In this document: piece after piece, positions 25,396 through 33,405 of the stretch | Numbering within the stretch: position 1 is the first letter of the stretch | Layout of the letters: each line of letters begins with the position of its first letter | Source: Candidatus Binatia bacterium | Lineage (GTDB): Bacteria > Verrucomicrobiota > Verrucomicrobiia > Limisphaerales > UBA8199 | Direction: 5' to 3' | Length of the DNA: 64,000 bases | Assembly (NCBI GenBank): GCA_035566895.1 | Contig: DATMQA010000120.1 | Location: forward strand, 15,436-79,435 | Made by a program: the position numbers and the translations under genes | The notes under the pieces: model-generated | What the model was told of the DNA's origin: nothing | The model's input: the letters and a program-made list of their open reading frames with translations, nothing else | The model's database searches: none

Positions 25396-27111
25396 ATGAA
25401 AACATCACCTTCCATCGGCGGATACATCATCCAACGCCTCTATGGAGAAGGCGTCCGGCATGTCTTCGGCATCCCGGGCGATTACGTCCTGGGCTTTTAT
25501 GACCTGCTGGCCAAAAGCAAACTGCGGCTCATCAATACTTGCGACGAGCAGGGGGCGGGCTTTGCGGCGGACGCCTACGCCCGCGTGCACGGCTTGGGTG
25601 CCGTCTGCGTTACTTACTGCGTCGGTGGACTCAAGGTCGCCAACACCACGGCTGAGGCCTTCGCAGAAAAATCGCCCGTCGTTGTTATCAGCGGCGCGCC
25701 CGGGATGAAGGAACGTGAGAAGAACCCGCTGCTCCATCACAAGGTCCGAGAGTTTGATACCCAAAAGAAAGTTTTTGAACAGCTCACTATCGCCTCGGCG
25801 GTTCTGAGCGATCCGCAAACTGCCTTCCAGGAAATTGATCGCGTGCTGCACGCTGCCGTTCGCTACAAACGCCCCGTTTATCTCGAGTTGCCGCGGGACC
25901 AGGTCCTCGTGCGTGGGATTCCTCACCACAAGACTCCGAAAATCCACGAGCGCAGCAACCCTCAGAGTTTGCAAGCCGCGCTGGCCGAAGCTGAGGAGAT
26001 GATCAATCGTTCGCGCCAACCGGTTATCCTGGCCGATGTTGAGGTTCACCGTTTCGGTCTGCAGGACCAAGTCATTGAATTAGCTCGCAAGACGCGCATC
26101 CCCGTGGCCGCCACCGTGCTGGGCAAATCCGTGATCGGCGAACAGCACCCGTTTTACCTGGGCGTTTACGAAGGTGCGATGGGCCGCGATGATGTGCGCC
26201 AATACGTCGAGACCAGTGACTGCGTCGTTCTGCTAGGCACATTCATGACGGACATCAATCTTGGTATTTACACTGCACACCTGGATCCCGCCCGCTGCAT
26301 CTCGGCCACCAGCGAGAAACTCTCCCTCGGCTATCACATCTATGAAGATGTGCGCTTCAAGGATTTCATGCGCGGTTTGCTCCGCCTCCGGTTCCGCCGT
26401 CGCCCAACTCCGAAAATACCAAGACCCGCTCCTCTCGGGGGCGGAGCGCGGCAGTCCCCGGCAGTAGCAGCGCTAACAGCGAGGAGCCAATCAAAGGTCC
26501 GACCGCAGTTCAGCAAGCTGGGCCGAGCTGGGGACGGCCTTGGTCCGCTCACCGTCAAGCACCTCTTCCAACGCCTCAACGCGTTCATTTCCGAGAGCAC
26601 CATCGTCGTCGCTGACGTGGGCGACGCGCTGTTCGGCGCCACCGATCTTTTCATCCGGGGCCGCACTGAATTCATTAGCCCCGCCTACTATACTTCCATG
26701 GGCTTCGCCGTGCCCGCCTGCATCGGCGCTCAACTCGCCAAGCCTAAATCCCGACCGCTGGTGCTGGTGGGCGACGGCGCTTTTCAAATGACGGGCATGG
26801 AGCTCGCCACTGTAGCCCGGTACAAACTCAATCCGGTCGTGGTGGTGTTGAACAACTTCGGTTATGGCACCGAACGGCACATGCAGGATGGTCCGTACAA
26901 CGACGTCTGGCCCTGGCGGTACAGCCGCCTGCCCGAAATCCTCGGCGCCGGGCGTGGTTTTTTGGTGAAGACCGAACGAGACCTGGACCATGCTCTTTCG
27001 CAGGCCCAGGGCTGGACTGAGGGTTTCTGTCTGCTGGACGTACACCTGTCGCCCTTGGACCGGTCTCCCGCGCTTGACCGCCTGGCCTCCCGCCTGGCCA
27101 AACGGCTGTAA
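25396..27111 (+). CDS. TPP-dependent alpha-keto-acid decarboxylase (indolepyruvate/phenylpyruvate decarboxylase-like)
   Basis: N-terminal PYR domain (GIPGDYVLGFYD...NTCDEQGAGFAADAYAR). TPP-binding motif GDGAFQMTGMELATVARYKLNPVVVVLNN. There is an unusually long basic/Pro-rich linker at about 26383-26550. Confidence 0.85.
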   Translation: MKTSPSIGGYIIQRLYGEGVRHVFGIPGDYVLGFYDLLAKSKLRLINTCDEQGAGFAADAYARVHGLGAVCVTYCVGGLKVANTTAEAFAEKSPVVVISGAPGMKEREKNPLLHHKVREFDTQKKVFEQLTIASAVLSDPQTAFQEIDRVLHAAVRYKRPVYLELPRDQVLVRGIPHHKTPKIHERSNPQSLQAALAEAEEMINRSRQPVILADVEVHRFGLQDQVIELARKTRIPVAATVLGKSVIGEQHPFYLGVYEGAMGRDDVRQYVETSDCVVLLGTFMTDINLGIYTAHLDPARCISATSEKLSLGYHIYEDVRFKDFMRGLLRLRFRRRPTPKIPRPAPLGGGARQSPAVAALTARSQSKVRPQFSKLGRAGDGLGPLTVKHLFQRLNAFISESTIVVADVGDALFGATDLFIRGRTEFISPAYYTSMGFAVPACIGAQLAKPKSRPLVLVGDGAFQMTGMELATVARYKLNPVVVVLNNFGYGTERHMQDGPYNDVWPWRYSRLPEILGAGRGFLVKTERDLDHALSQAQGWTEGFCLLDVHLSPLDRSPALDRLASRLAKRL

Positions 27112-27246
27112 GGCGGAAAGGCGGAGTGAGGTCCCCTCCAATCCTCCTGTTTACGGCTCCAATCGTTGACTTGCACTCCTCCCTCGGCGGTGAGACACTA
27201 CCAAACTCAATTTGACTCTCACGAGGAGCAAGACAAGTGTGCAAGT

Positions 27247-28605
27247 ATGGTTCAGGCAATGGAAAAAACGCTATTAACGGAAAACGAGCCGCGTCTCGAA
27301 GAATTCGAACGGTTCGAACACGAAGCCAGGCAACCGGCGTGGATCTTCCCGCTACGCAAGGCCGGCATCGCCCGCTTCGCCGAATTAGGCTTCCCGGCCC
27401 TTAAGGATGAAGACTGGCGTTTCACCAATGTTGCCCCGATTGCCAAACTACCGTTTAAACCCCTCTTTGAGGCCTCCGGGAATGGTCTTACCCGGGAAAC
27501 CCTCAACGAGCTCACCTTTAGCCGCTTGCCGGGAGCACACCTGGTCTTCGTTAACGGCCACTTTATTGAATCTCTTTCTTCAGCGATTCCACAAGCGCAA
27601 GGCGTAACGGTCACAAGTCTGGCGGCCGCCTTGAACTCGCATTCGAGTCTGCTCGAACAGCACCTGGGCCGCTATGCCTCCGGGGCCGACAACACGTTCA
27701 CCTCGCTGAACACCGCGTTCTTCCAGGATGGCGCTTTCATTCACGTCCCGGCCGGCAGGGTGGTCGAAACCCCGATTCATCTGCTGTTCATCTCTACGGC
27801 AAAGGAGGACGGCGCCACCTCCCACCCGCGGAACCTTGTCCTCGTTGATAAAGGCGCGCGGGCGACTCTCGTCGAGAATTACGCCTGCGCCATCCAGGGG
27901 GCGTATTTTACCAACGCCGTAACCGAATTGGTGCTGGGCGAGGGCGCGGTGGTTGAGCATTGCAAGTTCCAGGATGAAAGCCTGAGCGCCTTTCACATGG
28001 CGGCCATCCACGCGCACCTTGGGCGCGGCTGCAATTTCATTTCCCATTCAGTTGCCACGGGAGCGAAGCTCTCGCGCAACAACATCCGCACCACGCTGGC
28101 AGGCGAAGGTGTTGAGTGCGTGCTCAACGGACTTTACCTGACCCGGGGCGACCAACTCGCCGACCACCACATGGTCGTCGATCACGCCCAACCCCACTGC
28201 AATAGCCACGAATATTACAATGGCATTCTCGATGGCCGCTCCAAAGGCGTTTTTCATGGCCGCATCCTGGTGCGCCAGCCTGCCCAAAAGACCGACGCCA
28301 AACAGACCAACAAAAACCTGTTGCTCTCAGAGGAAGCCACGATCGATACCAAACCGCAATTGGAAATTTACGCCGACGATGTCAAATGCACCCATGGCGC
28401 AACCATCGGCCAATTGAATGATGAATCCATCTTCTATCTGCGAACCCGAGGCATCGACTCCGAGACGGCCCGGCGTATGTTGATTCACGCCTTCGCCGGC
28501 GAGATCATCGAGCGCATTCGCTGTATCCCCGTTCGGGAAGAGTTGGATAAGTTGATTTGGGAACGGTTGGAAGCCAACCCGCACCTCGGAGAAAAGGCCA
28601 AATGA
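27247..28605 (+). CDS. sufD: Fe-S cluster assembly protein SufD
   Basis: SufD-type N-terminus (PAWIFPLRKAGIARFAELGFPALKDEDWRFTN) and the beta-helix core shared with SufB. ATG at 27247 is preferred to the listed TTG at 27166. Confidence 0.88.
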   Translation: MVQAMEKTLLTENEPRLEEFERFEHEARQPAWIFPLRKAGIARFAELGFPALKDEDWRFTNVAPIAKLPFKPLFEASGNGLTRETLNELTFSRLPGAHLVFVNGHFIESLSSAIPQAQGVTVTSLAAALNSHSSLLEQHLGRYASGADNTFTSLNTAFFQDGAFIHVPAGRVVETPIHLLFISTAKEDGATSHPRNLVLVDKGARATLVENYACAIQGAYFTNAVTELVLGEGAVVEHCKFQDESLSAFHMAAIHAHLGRGCNFISHSVATGAKLSRNNIRTTLAGEGVECVLNGLYLTRGDQLADHHMVVDHAQPHCNSHEYYNGILDGRSKGVFHGRILVRQPAQKTDAKQTNKNLLLSEEATIDTKPQLEIYADDVKCTHGATIGQLNDESIFYLRTRGIDSETARRMLIHAFAGEIIERIRCIPVREELDKLIWERLEANPHLGEKAK

Positions 28606-28610
28606 ACTCA

Positions 28611-28694
28611 ACCACAAAGCACTCGAAATACACGACAGAAAAAGCCGGTTTGGGGCACACCCGCGCGTCGCTTCTTTCCGTGTATTTCGTGGTT
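28611..28694. repeat. Intergenic hairpin element (CGAAATACACG core) between sufD and sufU
   Basis: CGAAATACACG (28624-28634) is perfectly complementary to CGTGTATTTCG (28679-28689). Flanking imperfect pairing runs from ACCAC...AGAAAAAGC to GCTTCTTTCC...GTGGT. Confidence 0.8.
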
Positions 28695-28704
28695 ACCTCT
28701 TTTC

Positions 28705-29163
28705 GTGTTTGACGATCTATCGGAGCTCTATCAGCAGGTCATTCTTGAGCACTGCAAGCACCCGCGCAATTTTCATGAATTGGCGCGGCCCACCTGTTTT
28801 GCCCAGGGCCATAACCCGCTCTGCGGGGACCAGTTGAAGCTGTTCCTGCTGACGGAAGGTGAGACCATCAAAGACATCAGCTTCACCGGTTCGGGCTGCT
28901 GTATTTCCAAAGCCTCTGCCTCACTGTTGACCGAAACGGTCAAGGGTAAAACAAAATCCGACGTGCACAAAATGTTTGATCAAGTCCACGAAATGGTTAC
29001 CACCGGCCGCGTCGTGGGTGAGGTCGGTAAACTGGCTGTTTTTGCCGGCGTGCACAAATTTCCAGCCCGGGTCAAATGCGCGATCCTGGCCTGGCACGCA
29101 GTGCTGGCTGCCCTCAAAGGCCAAGGCGCTCAAGCAGTCAGTACTGAGACCGAGGACATATAG
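28705..29163 (+). CDS. sufU: SufU-type (NifU-like) sulfur acceptor/scaffold
   Basis: LYQQVILEHCKHPRNF, HNPLCGDQL, GSGCCISKASASL and ARVKCAILAW motifs. GTG start. Confidence 0.9.
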   Translation: MFDDLSELYQQVILEHCKHPRNFHELARPTCFAQGHNPLCGDQLKLFLLTEGETIKDISFTGSGCCISKASASLLTETVKGKTKSDVHKMFDQVHEMVTTGRVVGEVGKLAVFAGVHKFPARVKCAILAWHAVLAALKGQGAQAVSTETEDI

Positions 29164-29202
29164 CAGGCAGGAATTGCACGGATCGGCTATATTCCCTTTA
29201 TT

Positions 29203-29751
29203 ATGACTAGCAGCGAACCTATCACTCTCTCCCGCGACGTTGAGGCGGCAATCATCCCCGTCGGCACCAAGGTCACCTTGCAGAAAGGCGAACAGGCCCA
29301 TATCACCCAATCCCTCGGTGGCAGCTACACCGTCATCGTCAACGGCAACATGTTTCGCATCGAAGGCAAGGACGGCGACGCCTTGGGCGTTGAGGCTACA
29401 GCCAAGCCTGCAAGCACCGGCGCCCCAGTCAACCAGGAGACGTTGGAAAAAGAAATCTGGAGCCAGTTGCGCACCTGCTACGACCCGGAAATTCCCGTGA
29501 ACATCGTCGATCTCGGCCTCATTTATGATTGTCACCTCTCGCCCCTTGCCCCCGACACCTACAAAGTCGATGTGAAAATGACTCTCACCGCTCCCGGTTG
29601 TGGCATGGGCCCCACCCTCGCCCAGGATGTCCAAAACCGCTTGCTCGGACTCGAAGGCGTCGATGATGTGGCCGTCGAACTGGTCTGGGACCCGCCCTGG
29701 AACCAGGCGATGATGACCGAAGCCGCCAAGCTCCAACTCGGCCTATTGTAA
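29203..29751 (+). CDS. sufT: DUF59/MIP18-family Fe-S assembly protein (SufT-like) with an N-terminal extension of about 85 aa
   Basis: IWSQLRTCYDPEIPVNIVDLGLIYD...TLTAPGCGMGP is the DUF59 signature. Confidence 0.8.
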   Translation: MTSSEPITLSRDVEAAIIPVGTKVTLQKGEQAHITQSLGGSYTVIVNGNMFRIEGKDGDALGVEATAKPASTGAPVNQETLEKEIWSQLRTCYDPEIPVNIVDLGLIYDCHLSPLAPDTYKVDVKMTLTAPGCGMGPTLAQDVQNRLLGLEGVDDVAVELVWDPPWNQAMMTEAAKLQLGLL

Positions 29752-31019
29752 TGATGACTGAAGCTCCAGCTCCTCCGAAGCAAAAGATGAAGAAACCGGA
29801 TTGGTCTGCCTTCCGCGCCGATTTCCCGATCCTTGACCAGAAGGTCCATGGCCACCCGCTGCTCTATTTCGATAACGCCGCCACCACACAAAAGCCGCTC
29901 CCCGTCCTCGAAGCTCTGCGCCACTATTACGAGCACGATAATGCCAACGTCCATCGCGGCATTCACGAGCTGAGCAACCGCGCCACCACCGCTTTCGAGG
30001 CGGCCCGCACGCGCACCGCACAGTTCATTAATGCGCGCAGCGCCGACGAAATCATCTTCACTCGCGGCACCACCGAAGGCATTAACCTGGTGGCGCAGGC
30101 CTGGGGTTCAAAAAACGTCAGGGCCGGCGATAAAATTCTACTGACCGAGATGGAGCACCACAGCAACATCGTCCCTTGGCAGCTCCTGGCTGAGCGCACT
30201 GGCGCCAAACTCACCTTCCTTCCCGTCACCGGCGACATCGGCCTGCTCGACCTCAGCCACCTCGACGAATGGCTGACCAGGGACGTCAAGCTCTTCGCCT
30301 TGACCCATGTTTCCAACTCCCTCGGGACTATCAATCCCGTTGCCGAGCTCTGTGCCCGGGCCCGCAAACTCGGCATTACCACCTTGGTGGATGCCGCCCA
30401 GAGCGCCGGCCATCGCCCGCTGGACGTTCAGGAAATCGGCTGTGACTTCCTCGCTTTCTCAGGTCACAAAATGTGCGGTCCGACCGGCATCGGCGTCCTT
30501 TATGGGCGCCAGGAAGTGTTGGAAGCCATGCCGCCTTACCAGGGTGGCGGCGAGATGATTCTCAGCGTCGATTTCCAAAAGAGCACCTGGAAACATGCCC
30601 CGCACAAATTCGAGGCCGGCACCCCTGACATCTCCGGCGCCATTGGCTTGCACGCCGCGATGGATTACCTCGACAAAATCGGCCGGCACCACATCGCCCA
30701 ACACGACCAGGAATTGGGCGCCTACGCCTATTCGCAACTGTCCCGTTTCAAAGAAGGGATTCGTCTCTTTGGCCCGCACATCGGCCGGGCAGGCCTGGTT
30801 GGATTTCTGCTCAAAGACGTTCACGCGCACGATGTGGTCACGGTTGCCGACCAGCGCGGGGTGGCCTTGCGTGGGGGCCACCATTGCAACCAACCGCTCA
30901 TGCGCAAGCTGGGTGTCGAATCAACCGCCCGAGCCAGCTTTTACTTCTATAACACCGTCCAGGAAATCGATCGCTTCATCGAAGTTGTGGGCGAAATTCA
31001 GAAGTTTTTTGGAGTTTAG
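29751..31019 (+). CDS. sufS: Cysteine desulfurase SufS (class II)
   Basis: YFDNAATTQKP, HHSNIVPWQ, AFSGHKMCGPTGIGVLYG (PLP Lys) and RGGHHCNQPL (catalytic Cys loop). The start overlaps the sufT stop as TAATG. Confidence 0.93.
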   Translation: MMTEAPAPPKQKMKKPDWSAFRADFPILDQKVHGHPLLYFDNAATTQKPLPVLEALRHYYEHDNANVHRGIHELSNRATTAFEAARTRTAQFINARSADEIIFTRGTTEGINLVAQAWGSKNVRAGDKILLTEMEHHSNIVPWQLLAERTGAKLTFLPVTGDIGLLDLSHLDEWLTRDVKLFALTHVSNSLGTINPVAELCARARKLGITTLVDAAQSAGHRPLDVQEIGCDFLAFSGHKMCGPTGIGVLYGRQEVLEAMPPYQGGGEMILSVDFQKSTWKHAPHKFEAGTPDISGAIGLHAAMDYLDKIGRHHIAQHDQELGAYAYSQLSRFKEGIRLFGPHIGRAGLVGFLLKDVHAHDVVTVADQRGVALRGGHHCNQPLMRKLGVESTARASFYFYNTVQEIDRFIEVVGEIQKFFGV

Positions 31020-31020
31020 T

Positions 31021-31569
31021 ATGGTCGTCCAGGAACAAATAACGGCCTCTTCCACAATGCGGGAAGTGCTGGAAATGTACCCCGGCGCTCAGCGCGCGCT
31101 TTTCCGCCGCTACCACATCGGTGGCTGCAGCAGTTGCGCCTTTCAACCGGACGAATCCCTCGAACAAGTTTGCGAGCGCAACGGCAACCTGAACGTGGGG
31201 GAAGTCCTGGCGCATGTCCAGGCGAGCCACGAGCAAGACGCCAAAATCCTGCTCAACGCTAAGGACCTCGCTGAGTGGCTCAATCACGATAAATCCATCC
31301 GCCTGCTTGATGTTCGCTCCCGGGAGGAATTCGAGGCCGTCCAAATTGCCGGTTCGGTCTTGCTGTCTCAGCCGACTATGCGTGACATCCTGGCCGAGGG
31401 CACTAACGCGCGCCCACTGGTCATCATCGATCATCAGGGGCGGCAGGCCCTGGACGCGGCCGCCTATTTCCTCGGCCATGGTCTCCAAAACGTTCGCTGC
31501 CTCCGCGGCGGGATCGACGCCTGGGCAAAGGAAGTGGACCCGACGATGCGACGGTACAGGGTGGGGTGA
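31021..31569 (+). CDS. DUF1858 (redox-disulfide, CxxC) :: rhodanese-homology domain fusion; rhodanese active-site Cys replaced by Asp
   Basis: N-terminus: TMREVLEMYPGAQRALFRRYHIGGCSSCAF. C-terminus: IRLLDVRSREEFEAVQIAG...VIIDHQGRQALDAAAYFLGHGLQNVRCLRGGIDAW. The ATG is 1 nt after the sufS stop. The listed 30595 start overlaps sufS out of frame. Confidence 0.8.
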   Translation: MVVQEQITASSTMREVLEMYPGAQRALFRRYHIGGCSSCAFQPDESLEQVCERNGNLNVGEVLAHVQASHEQDAKILLNAKDLAEWLNHDKSIRLLDVRSREEFEAVQIAGSVLLSQPTMRDILAEGTNARPLVIIDHQGRQALDAAAYFLGHGLQNVRCLRGGIDAWAKEVDPTMRRYRVG

Positions 31570-31587
31570 ACGAATGAAGACAGAACC

Positions 31588-32088
31588 ATGACTGACGACC
31601 TTCAAAAGCGCATAGCCGAGGCCCTGCGAAACCCGCAGAATCTGGGTGAATTGCCCGGCGCCGACGCTATCGGCACGGTCGGTAATGCCGATTGCGGTGA
31701 AATGCTGCGCCTCTGGGTGAAATTCAAAGAGGACAAGGGCCGCAAAGTCATCGACCGCGCCACCTTTCAATCCTTCGGCTGTGAAACCGCCATCGCGGTC
31801 GCCAGCCTCGCCACCGAATTGATTCGCGGCAAAACCGCCGAAGAAGCCCTCGCGCTCAAAACTGAGGAATTAGCCGGTGAACTCGGCCCGCTGCCCCCGA
31901 TGAAAATCCATTGCGCCCAACTTGTCGAAGGCGCCCTGCGTTCTGCTCTTGACCCCGACGCATCCGAGTCCCGCGCCGCAGCTCCGCCGGCCACGGACTC
32001 CGGCTTTAGTCCGCTCGACAGTTTTGCCAAACCCAAAACCGGCGCCGTCAAACTCACTTTCGTGGACCCAAAAGCTCCGGAAGCTTAG
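31588..32088 (+). CDS. IscU/NifU N-terminal-domain-type scaffold protein with a C-terminal Pro/Ala-rich tail
   Basis: Three-Cys scaffold pattern: GNADCGEMLRLWV, FGCETAIAVAS and KIHCAQLVEGAL. Confidence 0.85.
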   Translation: MTDDLQKRIAEALRNPQNLGELPGADAIGTVGNADCGEMLRLWVKFKEDKGRKVIDRATFQSFGCETAIAVASLATELIRGKTAEEALALKTEELAGELGPLPPMKIHCAQLVEGALRSALDPDASESRAAAPPATDSGFSPLDSFAKPKTGAVKLTFVDPKAPEA

Positions 32089-32217
32089 TCCGGTTTCTGT
32101 TTGCCCTAAGCCGCGGCGCCCCGGTAAGCTCCCTTCGCGCGGTGAGGAACGTAGTTTGCAGCAGGCCTTCCGAGAACCCTGGCCACTCGGCTGCAAGCTT
32201 GCCGCGCGCAGCCGGCA

Positions 32218-32619
32218 ATGAACATTCAAGTGGCAGTCCTGTGCGACGCGGCGACAGACGACAATGGCAAGCTGAACTTGCTTGGCGCCTTTGATACCAT
32301 CTACACCCAGCAACTCCCCGCGGCGCACCCGCAATGCTCGATTGCTTTGCGCGTCATTTTCGGCAGCGAAGATGAAGGCGCCCACAAACTCAAGTTGAAC
32401 TTCGTTGATGCCGACGGGCGCTCCATCCTGCGCTGCCCGGATATTCCGGTGGAAGTCGTGGTCCCGGGAGATGCGCTGTTCAGCACTCGCAACTTCATCG
32501 TCAATATCCAGCAACTCAGGTTCGAGAACCCGGGCCATTACTCGATTGATCTGTCCCTGGATGACCGGCCGCAAATCAGCATCCCCTTGCTGGTGAGACA
32601 TAATCCGCCGGCGACCTGA
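32218..32619 (+). CDS. Hypothetical 133-aa protein (beta-rich, conserved-looking; function unknown)
   Basis: Clean ATG ORF: MNIQVAVLCDAATDDNGKLNLLGAFDTIYTQQLPAAHPQCSIALRV... I recognise no motif with certainty. Confidence 0.55.
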   Translation: MNIQVAVLCDAATDDNGKLNLLGAFDTIYTQQLPAAHPQCSIALRVIFGSEDEGAHKLKLNFVDADGRSILRCPDIPVEVVVPGDALFSTRNFIVNIQQLRFENPGHYSIDLSLDDRPQISIPLLVRHNPPAT

Positions 32620-32659
32620 CGGCGGGATAGAATAATGGAGCCCGCGCGGATGGGAATCT

Positions 32660-33397
32660 ATGGCTGACACTCTCCTCCTTACCCTGCTCATCTTCATCGC
32701 CGCGCTGCTCTACTCGACGGTGGGCCACGGCGGAGCGTCCGGTTATTTGGCCGCGATGGCCTTGTTCAACCTCGCGCCGGAGGTGATGAAGCCGACCGCG
32801 CTGGTGCTGAACTTGTTTGTGGCCGGGGTGGGCACGTTTCGTTTTGCACGGGCGGGTTGTTTTGCCTGGAATATTTTTTGGCCATTTGCGGTGCTCTCGG
32901 TTCCTTTTGCTTTCTTGGGCGGGTCGTGGAAGCTGCCGGTCCACGTTTACAAAATAATCCTCGGTCTCGTTTTACTCTTTGCAGCGTGGCGGCTGGCCAT
33001 CAAGCAATCCGCTCATTCGCCGCTGGTTCAAAAACCCGCTCCATTGCCAGCGGCACTCTCCCTGGGCGCTGCCATTGGTTTACTGTCGGGCCTGACCGGA
33101 GTGGGCGGGGGAATTTTTCTCAGCCCCCTCCTCTTGCTTTTCGGTTGGGCGGACGTGCGCAAGACCGCCGGCGTCTCGGCGGCTTTCATTTGGGTAAACT
33201 CGATGGCTGGCTTACTGGGCCATTGGCAGAGTGTACGAGCACTGCCGCACGAGGTTCTTTGGTGGGCTCCGGCGGCGTTGATTGGCGGGTTGATAGGCGC
33301 GGAACTGGGCAGCCGTCGCCTCAGCCCCCTGATAATGCGCCGGCTCCTCGCCACGGTGCTTGTCGTCGCCGGTCTGAAAATGCTGCTCACGAAGTAA
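32660..33397 (+). CDS. TauE/SafE (DUF81) family anion exporter, second copy
   Basis: Polytopic membrane protein. VGHGGASGYLAAMAL and LTGVGGGIFLSPLLL are the repeat halves. Confidence 0.82.
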   Translation: MADTLLLTLLIFIAALLYSTVGHGGASGYLAAMALFNLAPEVMKPTALVLNLFVAGVGTFRFARAGCFAWNIFWPFAVLSVPFAFLGGSWKLPVHVYKIILGLVLLFAAWRLAIKQSAHSPLVQKPAPLPAALSLGAAIGLLSGLTGVGGGIFLSPLLLLFGWADVRKTAGVSAAFIWVNSMAGLLGHWQSVRALPHEVLWWAPAALIGGLIGAELGSRRLSPLIMRRLLATVLVVAGLKMLLTK

Positions 33398-33405
33398 GCA
33401 TGAGG

